Positions 1 through 8,663 of a stretch of 64,000 bases of DNA are shown piece after piece. This stretch comes from a virus. Both the position numbers and the translations under genes were made by a program. The stretch is from positions 32,001-96,000 of IMG/VR virus record IMGVR_UViG_3300012209_000005; one strand, 5' to 3'. Numbering within the stretch: position 1 is the first letter of the stretch; each line of letters starts with the position of its first letter. The notes beneath the pieces were generated by a model that was not told where the DNA came from, ran no database searches, and saw nothing but the letters and a program-made list of their open reading frames with translations.

Positions 1-94
1 TGACCTGGGAGGAGCTGGCCGGGGAGAGTCTCACCCATGACACCGGCCATGTCGACCACGTTGATCATGTCCTGCATTCGACTGCAGCGACATC

Positions 95-238
95 ATGATT
101 GCAGCTTTCGCGATCGCCGGCATCGCCCTGGGCATGGCGACGGTCGTCGCAACCCTCCGGTTCGGGTTTCCCGGGCTGCTGGTCATGCTCGCGGTGATAG
201 CGGCGGTAACAGCTGCTATCCTTAGCAGTATCCACTAG
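95..238 (+). CDS. small two-TM membrane protein (47 aa)
   Basis: Hand translation MIAAFAIAGIALGMATVVATLRFGFPGLLVMLAVIAAVTAAILSSIH; stop abuts the tRNA. Confidence 0.5.
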   Translation: MIAAFAIAGIALGMATVVATLRFGFPGLLVMLAVIAAVTAAILSSIH

Positions 239-311
239 GACGCTTAGCTCAGCCGGGGAGAGCGCCTCCCTGACACGGAGGAGGCCGGGGGTTCAAACCC
301 CTCAGCGTCTA
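238..311 (+). tRNA. tRNA-Val(GAC)
   Basis: Acceptor GGACGCT/AGCGTCT, D arm TAGCTCAG..GAGAGC, anticodon arm CCTCC-CTGACAC-GGAGG, T loop TTCAAAC; no encoded CCA. Confidence 0.92.
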
Positions 312-356
312 CGACGAGCGTTAAACCACTGCGGAGACAGCGGAACGCTTGCTCAA

Positions 357-438
357 GGGGATGGATAAGGGTTCGACTAACCTGTAAAACCGCATGTCGG
401 AACAGGTCAGGACAGGCGTTCGATTCGCCTCATCTCCA
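357..438 (+). ncRNA. ssrA: miniature tmRNA, tRNA-like domain only
   Basis: 5' GGGGATG..GGTTCGAC and 3' GGAC-AGGCG-TTCGATT-CGCCT-CATCTCC-A match tmRNA ends; G3:U70 Ala identity pair; short P2 (AACCTGT/ACAGGT) closes a ~16 nt loop in place of the mRNA-like domain. Confidence 0.8.
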
Positions 439-516
439 CTAGTTGTGACGCGAAGCGTCATGACGCTTTAGCCCGGGGTACTGAAAGGCGCTCACCCACC
501 TGATGTCCCCGGTACC

Positions 517-717
517 ATGTACGGGGAGCGTGTGCGCAGGGAACGCAGGATCGACCGCAAGGTTGGCTACGACGAAGCAGCGGTCAAGCGCTTCTTCGAC
601 GCGCTTGACGAGAAGGACAGGAAGAAGCACGCATCACCACGCCGGGTCGCCTGGCGGCGCAAGCTGCGCCAGGAGGCATTCCCGGTCCCGGAGTGGCTGA
701 AAGACAAGCCCTCGTAG
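517..717 (+). CDS. basic hypothetical protein
   Basis: 66-aa ORF filling the gap between RNA genes. Confidence 0.5.
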   Translation: MYGERVRRERRIDRKVGYDEAAVKRFFDALDEKDRKKHASPRRVAWRRKLRQEAFPVPEWLKDKPS

Positions 718-781
718 CTCAAAGGACTAGAGCATCGCGCTACGGACGCGGAGGCTGCAGGTTCGAATCCTGTCGAGGGTG
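708..781 (+). tRNA. tRNA-Arg(ACG)
   Basis: Acceptor GCCCTCG/CGAGGGT; anticodon loop CT-ACG-GA; GGTTCGAATCC. Confidence 0.92.
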
Positions 782-785
782 CGCT

Positions 786-1040
786 ATGAAAACTGATATC
801 ATCATCGCCTTGTTCCTGCTCCTGCTGATCATCACCGTCTGCTCTCTTGTCATCAGCAAGCGGGAGAGCGATACGCGCAAGATGATGAAGGAGATGCGCA
901 GGCAGCACGAGCGCAAGGTGGACCGCAAGGTGATACTGGGCAGGGGCAAGCGCTTCGACTGCCCCGCCTGCGGGTCGACGGAGCCGTGCGGCAGATGCCG
1001 GTTATGGTGCTACCATGAAGCTGATAAGCAAAGGTCTTGA
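786..1040 (+). CDS. N-terminal TM protein with CxxC...CxxC motif
   Basis: MKTDIIIALFLLLLIITVCSL...CPACG...CGRC. Confidence 0.6.
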   Translation: MKTDIIIALFLLLLIITVCSLVISKRESDTRKMMKEMRRQHERKVDRKVILGRGKRFDCPACGSTEPCGRCRLWCYHEADKQRS

Positions 1041-1046
1041 TATGAC

Positions 1047-1517
1047 ATGTGGTACATCGCCCTAGCCGGCATCTACGTGACGCTCTACCTGCGGAACGAC
1101 CGGGTGATCACGCCGGTTCACAGGTGGCTGCACGAGCCCGTCACGGGCAGTCACGCGGCGAATATGCACGGGGTCTGGCTTGGCGGCATCGTGCTTACCG
1201 CCATCGTTATCACCGCAATCCTTACCCGTAAGACAGGCGAGGCGGTCCCCGGGGTGCCGAGGGACACCAGCTGGGTGATAGGACTGGCGCTCGCGTTCAC
1301 CGGGTTCCTGTGGTACCTGGTCCAGGTCGGCAGGAAGCCGGCTGCCGTCATCACGCGCCCGCAGCCCACGGTGACGGTGACCGCCGGCAGTAGCCACCCG
1401 GTAACCAGCACGGTCATGCACGCGGCGGGCGTCAGCTGGGAAGTGGTCGCGATCTTCGGGGTCATCGGGGTGATCGTGCTCGGGGTGCTCTACTTCATCG
1501 TCCGGTACGTGCTGTGA
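1047..1517 (+). CDS. multi-pass membrane protein
   Basis: About four hydrophobic segments in 156 aa. Confidence 0.7.
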   Translation: MWYIALAGIYVTLYLRNDRVITPVHRWLHEPVTGSHAANMHGVWLGGIVLTAIVITAILTRKTGEAVPGVPRDTSWVIGLALAFTGFLWYLVQVGRKPAAVITRPQPTVTVTAGSSHPVTSTVMHAAGVSWEVVAIFGVIGVIVLGVLYFIVRYVL

Positions 1518-1617
1518 AAACCCGGTGCATATACCCGGGGTGCCGGCGTAGGATAAGAGTTGCGTGGAGTAACCTCGCGGTCCTGTACTGCAGGAAGCAC
1601 CGCAAGGTTGTCAGCAA

Positions 1618-1690
1618 GGCTGCTTAGCTCAGCGGAACGAGCGTCCCGTTCACACCGGGAGGGTCGAAGGTTCAACTCCTTCAGCGGCCA
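1618..1690 (+). tRNA. tRNA-Val(CAC)
   Basis: Acceptor GGCTGCT/AGCGGCC; anticodon arm TCCCG-TTCACAC-CGGGA. Confidence 0.9.
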
Positions 1691-1710
1691 CGCAGTGGTA
1701 TCATGCACAT

Positions 1711-1786
1711 GGTGATGGTAGCTCAGTTAGGTTAGAGCGCTGGCTTGTGGTGCCGGATGTCGCGGGTTCGAATCCCGTCCTTCACC
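1711..1786 (+). tRNA. tRNA-His(GTG)
   Basis: Encoded G-1, anticodon loop TT-GTG-GT, GGTTCGAATCCC, C discriminator. Confidence 0.92.
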
Positions 1787-1800
1787 CGAAAGGGAGACAG

Positions 1801-1911
1801 ATGCCCAGGAAGTGCTTCATCTGCAGGAAGCGCAAGCCCGTCACAGGCGGGCACATATGCGCGGTGTGCTACGCCAACCTGAGGATGCCCAGCCCAAAGG
1901 AGGCGGCATGA
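1801..1911 (+). CDS. 36-aa zinc-finger micro-protein
   Basis: RBS AAGGGAG; MPRKCFICRK...ICAVC. Confidence 0.55.
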   Translation: MPRKCFICRKRKPVTGGHICAVCYANLRMPSPKEAA

Positions 1912-1947
1912 GCAAGCGATATACGAGGCTGCCCAGCAGGTAACCTC

Positions 1948-2027
1948 GCCAGGGTCGCATAGTGGCTATCGCAGCGGTCTGTAAAACCGTGGCTTCGGCA
2001 TCGGGGGTTCGAGTCCCTCTCCTGGCA
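1948..2027 (+). tRNA. tRNA-Tyr(GTA)
   Basis: Acceptor GCCAGGG/TCCTGGC; anticodon loop CT-GTA-AA; long variable arm. Confidence 0.92.
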
Positions 2028-2098
2028 CTAAGGTTCGTGTTACTACGAGGTGGATTACAGTGCCATCTGGAAAGTCCGGACAGGAAAATCATGGAAAC

Positions 2099-2662
2099 AT
2101 GTCAGGCAAAACCCGAATCCATGTGAAAACCCGGAATGAGATAAAACGTGAGCGTCGTCTTGTGGATACCCGTAACCATAAATGCTGGGGGTGGATGCCC
2201 GGGGGTATCGTTGTCGCGATGCTCTTTCCTCTTCACGGAGCGAACATAGGGACTCTCCTGAGAACCTGCGAGGCTGCGGGAGCATGCCTCGCGGTACCGC
2301 ACTACCCCTGGGTTCCGCAAGCGCTCAGCAAGGGCTACACGATCTCCCAGCGGGCACCTGTCCACTGGGCTAAGCCGACCTCGATGAGATGGCTGGAGCG
2401 AGAGCGTCAGCGGACAGGCGATGAGTATGTTAACATTATCGGCGTCGAGCTTGCCGATGAAGCGATCCGCCTCCCGAACCTGCCCGTGCGGGGGGAGCGC
2501 AGAACGATCATCGTCCTCGGGCATGAGCAAACAGGGATACCTCCGGAGGCCCTGGAAATGCTCGACATGACAGTTGAAATCCCGATGGTCGGCTCCGGAA
2601 GCACGCTAAACGTAGCGGTCGCAGGATCGCTTGTTCTTTACAAGCTAGCAGGGCTAAGTTGA
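2099..2662 (+). CDS. TrmH/SpoU (SPOUT) RNA 2'-O-methyltransferase
   Basis: NIGTLLRT motif 1, LGHEQTGI motif 2, EIPMVG...LNVAVAGSLVLY motif 3. Confidence 0.9.
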   Translation: MSGKTRIHVKTRNEIKRERRLVDTRNHKCWGWMPGGIVVAMLFPLHGANIGTLLRTCEAAGACLAVPHYPWVPQALSKGYTISQRAPVHWAKPTSMRWLERERQRTGDEYVNIIGVELADEAIRLPNLPVRGERRTIIVLGHEQTGIPPEALEMLDMTVEIPMVGSGSTLNVAVAGSLVLYKLAGLS

Positions 2663-2825
2663 AAACATTGCATGTTCCCCGGGACCTGAGTCACGTGGTG
2701 ATGTACGGCATGATCATGTGCGTGCTCTGCCAGCACGCCTGCTGCAAGGGCATCCTGTGCCCCTGCTGCAGGGAGAAGCACCCCTTGTACCGGGGAAGCG
2801 CAGCGTCACCCCCCCTGGAGGCGGT

Positions 2826-3062
2826 GTGACGACCACCCGGATCGCCACGGTCACCTGCGATCCTTGCGGGAGGCGGGAGCTGTCCCTGGGCGAGCACTGC
2901 GGGGGGCCCTTGCGGTGGGCCCAGGTCACCTGGGAGGAGCCCCCCGAGGACGGAAAGCACTACCGCCAGTACAAGGAGATGGACCTGTGCCCGGATCACC
3001 TGAACGAGTTCCTGAAGTGGGTAGCAGCGGAGCAGGAGAAGCAAACCTTTTCCGCAACCTGA
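2826..3062 (+). CDS. hypothetical Zn-binding protein
   Basis: GGAGG RBS, GTG start; CDPC...DLCPDH. Confidence 0.6.
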   Translation: MTTTRIATVTCDPCGRRELSLGEHCGGPLRWAQVTWEEPPEDGKHYRQYKEMDLCPDHLNEFLKWVAAEQEKQTFSAT

Positions 3063-3289
3063 CCCCGGCGGAGATCACGGAGGTCATCAGCAAGCAGCGT
3101 CGTGAGGGGGTGAGCGTCTCGGTGGCCTCCTTCGAGGACTCCCGTAAGCACCGGGTTACCGCGATCCACTGGCGCCCGGGGGACCCGAACGCGCTGGCGG
3201 AGATGATCATCCGCAACGTCGGGGACGAGGAGGTCTCGCTCATCCTCGACGGGAATGCCTACGTGGTCAGGAAGGTATCCTGACCACAT

Positions 3290-3363
3290 GCGCCCGTAGC
3301 TCAGCGGAACAGAGCACTGCCCTCCGGAGGCAGGGGCCGGGAGTTCGAATCTCCCCGGGCGTG
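3290..3363 (+). tRNA. tRNA-Arg(CCG)
   Basis: Acceptor GCGCCCG/CGGGCGT; CTGCC-CTCCGGA-GGCAG. Confidence 0.92.
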
Positions 3364-3368
3364 CGCAT

Positions 3369-3440
3369 GGCGGTATGGCCGAGCGGCCCAGGCACGCGAC
3401 TGCAAATCGCGTCACGCGAGTTCGACTCTCGCTTCCGCCT
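3369..3440 (+). tRNA. tRNA-Cys(GCA)
   Basis: CGCGA-CTGCAAA-TCGCG; U discriminator. Confidence 0.92.
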
Positions 3441-3457
3441 CTCACGGAATACCATTT

Positions 3458-3533
3458 CGGCCTGTAGCTAAACAGGATAAAGCACCCGCCTCCTAAGCGG
3501 GAGATCATGCCCGTTCGAATCGGGTCAGGCCGG
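3458..3533 (+). tRNA. tRNA-Arg(CCT)
   Basis: Acceptor CGGCCTG/CAGGCCG; CCCGC-CTCCTAA-GCGGG. Confidence 0.9.
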
Positions 3534-3564
3534 CGCACCAGTGAAACGAAAGAAGGTGAGACAC

Positions 3565-3693
3565 GTGCACATCGGACATTACGTGAAGGACATCCTGGAG
3601 ACGGTCGCGCTCGTCGGCGCGCTCGTCGGCTTCGTCATCGGGCTGGTCACCGCCCGCATCGCCGGCAAGATCCGCCGGCGCAAGTCCCGCTGA
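3565..3693 (+). CDS. single-TM peptide (42 aa)
   Basis: RBS AAGGTG; MHIGHYVKDILETVALVGALVGFVIGLVTARIAGKIRRRKSR. Confidence 0.55.
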   Translation: MHIGHYVKDILETVALVGALVGFVIGLVTARIAGKIRRRKSR

Positions 3694-3723
3694 CGGGCTG
3701 GCTTTCCGGCTATCATCTGAGAA

Positions 3724-4233
3724 ATGACGCAGCAACCGAGTTCACTCGTCATCCGGCGCTTGAGCGACTCATCCCCGACCCTGCTCGATCAGTCGGGGAT
3801 GAAAGTCGCGGAGGCTGCGGCGATGCTGGCGAAATGCACCCGGCGTCAGTGCGGCGCGGCCATCTTCGGCCCCGACACCCGGATTATTTCCACGGGGCGC
3901 AACGGGGCTCCCGCGGGGTGGCCGCATTGCACGGACGGCGCCTGCCCGAGGGGCAGGCACTACCCGAGGCATAACCCCGAAAGGGCGAAGCTCTGCTTCC
4001 CGCAGCTATGCGCATGCGGGCTGCCCCACCCGTGCCCGGAGTACGTCCAGCCTTACGAGCCCTACGACAAGGGCCCGGGGCTGTGCACCGCCATCCACGC
4101 GGAAGCTAACGCGATCATCTACGCCGGGTACAGCCGGCTGCCCGGGGCCCGCATCTACATCACGGACGCGCCCTGCCACACCTGCACGCTGCTCATCGCG
4201 GCGACGGGGATCGCCGAGGCGGTCATCCCGTGA
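3724..4233 (+). CDS. dCMP deaminase
   Basis: CTRRQCGA, STGRNG, HAEANA and PCxxC zinc motifs. Confidence 0.9.
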   Translation: MTQQPSSLVIRRLSDSSPTLLDQSGMKVAEAAAMLAKCTRRQCGAAIFGPDTRIISTGRNGAPAGWPHCTDGACPRGRHYPRHNPERAKLCFPQLCACGLPHPCPEYVQPYEPYDKGPGLCTAIHAEANAIIYAGYSRLPGARIYITDAPCHTCTLLIAATGIAEAVIP

Positions 4234-4394
4234 GCAGCAACGTGGGCGAGGGCTACGCCTTCTGGAAATGCGAGAAGTGCGACGTGACGGGGAAAGACGA
4301 TATCGTCAACGGCAGGATCACATGCTGGAGCTGCGGCAGCAGCAAGCACGTGACCTTCACCCGGTCGGTGACCTACCGGCGGGGGGGGTGGTAG
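4230..4394 (+). CDS. zinc-ribbon micro-protein
   Basis: GTGA overlap with the upstream stop; CEKC...CWSC. Confidence 0.55.
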   Translation: MSSNVGEGYAFWKCEKCDVTGKDDIVNGRITCWSCGSSKHVTFTRSVTYRRGGW

Positions 4395-4397
4395 CTG

Positions 4398-4535
4398 ATG
4401 GCGGTCAGCACCTGCAACCAGGTGGGCAGCTGCAGCTGCACATGCGAGGAATGCCGCCCGGCGGGAGGGCGACGGGCCACTCACTGCTGGCAGCATAAGG
4501 GGACCGCGGGCTGCCATTTCGGCTGCCGCAGTTAG
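4398..4535 (+). CDS. Cys/His-rich micro-protein (45 aa)
   Basis: MAVSTCNQVGSCSCTCEEC...HCWQH...CHFGC. Confidence 0.45.
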   Translation: MAVSTCNQVGSCSCTCEECRPAGGRRATHCWQHKGTAGCHFGCRS

Positions 4536-4689
4536 CGCGCCATCCAGAGCACGATCATCGCCGCGAGCGACAGGGAGATCACGCCGAAGTATGCTGTCAC
4601 CGTGCGGTCCTGCGTGATCATCCACCAGGCGAACTGCAGGTGAGTCAGGTGGCTGCCAGCTTGCCCGTGGCGCCCTCGTCCCGAGGTCC

Positions 4690-5460
4690 TCACGAGACTG
4701 CCCTCAGGTCCGCTCCCGCGAGCCTGTGCGTCCCTCTCAGCCATGTCTGGCAGTCCGGGCATATGTACCTGGGGTACGCGCTCAAAGCGGTGTAAGCGCA
4801 TCCTGAGCGCTCCACGGAGGTACCCCCGCACTGGGGACAGCGCAGGTCCCCGTCCTCTCCCCCGTGGGCGGCGGAGCCGCGCCCCCCGTCGATGACCGCG
4901 TAGCTGGGGTGGGCGGGAATCCACGGGAGGATGCGCCGGTACAGGTCCTCGTTGGCGAACACGTCCCCGCAGTTGTACTCCTCCATCTTCCGCTGCGCCC
5001 GGGTGTCCCCGTCCATGACCTTCGTCCACAGGGAGAAGCCCTCGTGCTCCAGCTTGTGCGCGGTGCCCAGCGCCTGCGACACCGATTTCAGCGAGCTGGA
5101 CATGAAACTGAACTGCCTGCGGACAGCCTTGTACAGGTCAATCTGGGCGTACGGGGACGGCGGCGGCAGCCCTGCCTGCGCGAACTCCGTGTTGATATGC
5201 GGGATGTCGAAGCGCTTCCCGTTATAGTGCAACACCGCGTCGGCCTGGTCAAGCAAGTCCCAGATCTGGCGGAGCATCGCCTCGGTGCCGTCGTCCCACT
5301 CGCTGAAAAAGAAAATGTCGTCCTCCCCCACCCACTTGCCTGCGAAGCAGAGCATATGGCGGGGTCGGACGATTTTCTCCGGGGTGACATACCGGGTTCT
5401 CAGGTCCCACACGTAGACAAGCGCCGGAGCCGACTCGATGTCCAAATTCAAAATACGCAT
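4690..5460 (-). CDS. RNase H-like (DEDD/YprB-type) exonuclease with C-terminal zinc ribbon
   Basis: LDIES, YNGKRFD, IDL, YNCGDV motifs; CPQC..CPDC. Confidence 0.85.
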   Translation of the reverse strand: MRILNLDIESAPALVYVWDLRTRYVTPEKIVRPRHMLCFAGKWVGEDDIFFFSEWDDGTEAMLRQIWDLLDQADAVLHYNGKRFDIPHINTEFAQAGLPPPSPYAQIDLYKAVRRQFSFMSSSLKSVSQALGTAHKLEHEGFSLWTKVMDGDTRAQRKMEEYNCGDVFANEDLYRRILPWIPAHPSYAVIDGGRGSAAHGGEDGDLRCPQCGGTSVERSGCAYTALSAYPRYICPDCQTWLRGTHRLAGADLRAVS

Positions 5461-5466
5461 GCGCGT

Positions 5467-5637
5467 CTACTTGGCAGCGGGCGGATCGGTCTTGTTGGGT
5501 ACCGCGTAAACGCCTGCCGCCATTGCTATCGCGACCGCGGCGGCAACATAGTGATTGCCCCCGTAGTACATCTGGGCGAAGGTGAGCGCCTGCCCGAGGA
5601 AGGCGGCGATCGCCTTGGCGTATTTACCGAGCTTCAT
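5467..5637 (-). CDS. holin (56 aa)
   Basis: MKLGKYAKAIAAFLG...AAGVYAVPN, two TM segments, downstream of the endolysin. Confidence 0.7.
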   Translation of the reverse strand: MKLGKYAKAIAAFLGQALTFAQMYYGGNHYVAAAVAIAMAAGVYAVPNKTDPPAAK

Positions 5638-5647
5638 CGTGCTCCGT

Positions 5648-5773
5648 TCAGACGGCGACGATCCTGGTGATCATCCGGCAGTTGACGCACCTGATCCAGT
5701 CGCACTGGGAGTTGCTGCAGTGCTCCTCGGTCCGGGTGCTCAGGCAATGCGGGCAGTCGGGAGTGGCGGTCAT
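5648..5773 (-). CDS. zinc-ribbon micro-protein
   Basis: MTATPDCPHC...C..C..CVNC; ATGA overlap with the lysin stop. Confidence 0.5.
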   Translation of the reverse strand: MTATPDCPHCLSTRTEEHCSNSQCDWIRCVNCRMITRIVAV

Positions 5774-6642
5774 GCGGTCACCTGGAGGGTGGCATGCGGC
5801 GGCGCCGACGGCCCCCCGTTCGCCCACACCAGGATGTTGTACGTCCACCCGCGGGTGAGCCCGCTGACAAGCGCCGAGTTCACCGGGGTGACCAGGTTGG
5901 CCTCCGTCTTGCCGTTCAGCTGGATCACGCGCACCGTGTAGCCGGCCGCGGGCTTGCCCGCGAGAGTCACCGGGTCCCAGTTGAGGGTGATAGCCACCCC
6001 GCCGACGTGCAGGTTCTTCGGCGCGGGGAACGTGTCGGGGACAGGGGGGGGCGTATTGGTGACCAGCGCCCTGAACTGGGCGATGGAACCCTTGTAGGCG
6101 TTCATGTCCACCGGGGCGTGCCCGTTGAAGGTGGCGCTGGACGTGTACTGCCACACCGCCGGGGTCATCCCGCCGTAAGCCGTCCAGCCAGGGCCGGCGT
6201 CGGAGTACGCGGTGTAGTTGCTGGACACCAGGTGCATCGTGCGGCTGGCGAAACCCGCCAGCGACGGGGAGCCAAGCTCCTGCCAGTACCAGTGCGGGAA
6301 GTACAGAAGGTGGACGGTGCCGCCGAGCTTGCGGTACTCATCGGTGAAAGCCTCCGCGTCCGCCACCGAAGGCTTTGTGGTAGACGGCTCGAAGTCCACC
6401 ATGAGGGGAATGCCCTTGCCTGTCACGGCGAAGGCATGCTGTGCCTGCCCGGGGCCGTTGCCGTGCTCCAGGAAATGGTAGGCGCAGAAAAATGCCCCCG
6501 CGCTGGCTGCCCTGGCTTTCGCGGGAGAGTAATCGGGGTTGACGTACGCGGTGCCCTGGGTGGCTTTCACCATGGCAACGGGAGCCCCGTGGAAGGAAAT
6601 CCCCGCCTGCCGCGAGGAGACATCCGGGAAGAAGATTGTCAC
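5770..6642 (-). CDS. endolysin: GH25 muramidase with FN3-like C-terminal domain
   Basis: DVSSRQ, KATQG, AYHF, DFE, WQYT, VDMN; C-terminal beta sandwich. Confidence 0.9.
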   Translation of the reverse strand: MTIFFPDVSSRQAGISFHGAPVAMVKATQGTAYVNPDYSPAKARAASAGAFFCAYHFLEHGNGPGQAQHAFAVTGKGIPLMVDFEPSTTKPSVADAEAFTDEYRKLGGTVHLLYFPHWYWQELGSPSLAGFASRTMHLVSSNYTAYSDAGPGWTAYGGMTPAVWQYTSSATFNGHAPVDMNAYKGSIAQFRALVTNTPPPVPDTFPAPKNLHVGGVAITLNWDPVTLAGKPAAGYTVRVIQLNGKTEANLVTPVNSALVSGLTRGWTYNILVWANGGPSAPPHATLQVTA

Positions 6643-6817
6643 AATTCGGAGGGTACAGGGTAATGGCCGTCCCTGTCATCAACTCTTGGCCTTCTGGGCC
6701 TTAACCACTGTGGCGCGCTCGTCCAGCAGCCTGTCCATGTATCCCCAGGCCGTCTTCCACCCGGCGGTGCCCCGCACCGAATCCTGGATGCGGGCGCGGA
6801 CCTGCCTGATATCCGCG

Positions 6818-7306
6818 TCAATCTGCTTCAGGGTGCGCACTTTTCATCGCCTCCAGCAATGCGAGGATTCTCTCCGTGTCCTCGAAAGCCTTAGCCGCAC
6901 GGGCATCCGATGCCCGTGCCGTCACATCCTGGCCGACGAGTATCACCGACAGGAGGACCAGCTGGATGTACGTCTGGGCGGTCCACGCGACGAGCGCGAT
7001 CAGCCCCGTCGCGATCAGCCACGAGGGGAAGACATGCAAGTGGAATGCCTGGGTGATGACCGCCGGGAAGGAGAGCAGCGCCAGCAGGCTGAAGGCGTAC
7101 GCGCAGGTGATCGTGCCCACCCGGGCGGTGACCGCTATAGCCAGCCGCTTGTTGAAGCGCTGGTAGGGGGAATCCGCTTTATGGTAGTCGGATGTCCTCA
7201 GGTGCACCGGGTGGTGCCCGTGGCGCGTGAATCCGAAGTGCGGTGACACATGATCCATTTCTCCGTGCACGTTGCGCACCACTTGGTGTCCGTGAAAACC
7301 GGGCAC
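6818..7306 (-). CDS. membrane protein (DUF1003-like)
   Basis: FNKRLA..VT..VGT...QLVLLSVILVGQ. Confidence 0.65.
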   Translation of the reverse strand: MPGFHGHQVVRNVHGEMDHVSPHFGFTRHGHHPVHLRTSDYHKADSPYQRFNKRLAIAVTARVGTITCAYAFSLLALLSFPAVITQAFHLHVFPSWLIATGLIALVAWTAQTYIQLVLLSVILVGQDVTARASDARAAKAFEDTERILALLEAMKSAHPEAD

Positions 7307-7521
7307 CAGCTTCCGCAGCGCCAGCAGTAGTTAACCATCACACAGGCCTTCGGGGATACTATGATCACACCCGCAGGGACGCCTGCAGCTGCGATGCCAG
7401 GATGCGGACAGCACCAGGATACCGTGGGCGAACCCCGGGGGGAGCGCAGCTTCGCTGCCCGGGGGAGGATCAACAGGGATCTCGTCGAGGAGCATCACCG
7501 CGACCTGGCAGTAGCGACAGG

Positions 7522-7704
7522 TTACACCGCCCTGTCCCACCTTCCTGAAATGCACCACAGGAGCAATCCTATGACCGTGAACAGGGTCCACGACCACGCG
7601 CCGTGGTGGATGTTCCAGGCGTTGAAGATGACGGCCAGGGCGAACGAGATGATGGCGAGCAGGTGAACCACATGCCTCCTAAGGGTAGAGCTTCCGGCAG
7701 TCAA
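7522..7704 (-). CDS. small two-TM protein
   Basis: Hydrophobic ORF; the true start is probably near 7671 after GGAGG. Confidence 0.55.
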   Translation of the reverse strand: MTAGSSTLRRHVVHLLAIISFALAVIFNAWNIHHGAWSWTLFTVIGLLLWCISGRWDRAV

Positions 7705-8098
7705 CCGGGCGGAAAACGCCGTCCACGTACGCGAAAAGCTTCCGGATGATCTCCTGCTGGCCCGCGGTCTGCGGCTTGCCCGCGGTGGCGATGGCGACGA
7801 ACTTATGCCATACCTGGTCGCTGCTCACCCGGAAGGTATTCCCGATGGTTTCGCAGGAGTTCAGCTGCGCCGCGTGAATCCGCTGGGCGGCGGCATGGTT
7901 GCTCCACCAGCTCAGCCCGATGGCGAGGGCCGCGATGACCACGGTGGCTACCGCCGCCTGGAAGACGCGCTGCTTCCACTTGATGATCGATGTCATCGCG
8001 GCGGTCAGCTTGTCCAGTGAGTCTTCCAGGGCCTGCGCGGTGGACAGGGCCTCCCGCTCGTCGTCGTCCCTGCCGTCACCCGGCGGCGGTGCTGTCAT
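7679..8098 (-). CDS. single-TM lysis-region protein
   Basis: GGAGG RBS; TM followed by an extracellular domain with a Cys pair. Confidence 0.6.
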   Translation of the reverse strand: MTAPPPGDGRDDDEREALSTAQALEDSLDKLTAAMTSIIKWKQRVFQAAVATVVIAALAIGLSWWSNHAAAQRIHAAQLNSCETIGNTFRVSSDQVWHKFVAIATAGKPQTAGQQEIIRKLFAYVDGVFRPVDCRKLYP

Positions 8099-8169
8099 CT
8101 CCCCCTCCTCCGTTCCTGCGCAGGGTCTCGGCGAGCCTGGCGACAGTCTCCTGCAGCACCTCGGTAAGC

Positions 8170-8634
8170 TCACCCGCCTGCCTGACCAGCCGGTCGATTT
8201 CCATGTCTTTCGCCTTCACCCGCAGGGGAAGCGGACTCGGGCCGGGAGCTGGTGGCCGTGCCCTGAATCTGAAGAACCTCATCGCGCCCGAGCCTTTCTC
8301 CGATAGCGACAATAGCCATCTCCAGTTCCTTCAGGGTGGTCACCATTCCCGCGATCATCGGCAGGATGCTGCCCGCCTGGCTGTCAATCAGCCTGTCCCG
8401 CTGCTCGGTGGTTTTCGTCAGCTGGGCGAGCAGGGAGTCGCGCATCTGCGCGGACTGCTGCCACAAGATGTCGGCGTCGGAGGTCCCGATCCGCCCGCTG
8501 GTCTTGCGGCGCACCCCGTACCAGGTGGCGATGCCCCCGGCGGCGGAGCCGATGATCGCGGCGATGACGGCGATCACCTCGGCGAAAAAGCTGGAATGGC
8601 TGACGGCCTCGGCTGCCAGCAGGGCGAGGCTCAT
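8170..8634 (-). CDS. TM plus coiled-coil lysis-region protein
   Basis: N-terminal TM then heptad region. Confidence 0.65.
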   Translation of the reverse strand: MSLALLAAEAVSHSSFFAEVIAVIAAIIGSAAGGIATWYGVRRKTSGRIGTSDADILWQQSAQMRDSLLAQLTKTTEQRDRLIDSQAGSILPMIAGMVTTLKELEMAIVAIGERLGRDEVLQIQGTATSSRPESASPAGEGERHGNRPAGQAGG

Positions 8635-8663
8635 CGCCGTGCCTTTCCTTTACCCGGGGAGCA

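Noticed and set aside
472-512. Hammerhead ribozyme (GAAA and CTGATG present)
   Set aside because: The core reads CTGATGT rather than CTGANGA and the three stems cannot be built
1571-1609. SRP RNA-like GGTCC..GGAAGCA
   Set aside because: Lacks the GNRA tetraloop and the CAGG symmetric loop; folds better as a simple bulged hairpin
693-3538. ORFs overlapping tRNAs (5' part of 693-1040, 1490-1708, 1841-2092, 2996-3538)
   Set aside because: Better explained by well-formed tRNA cloverleafs
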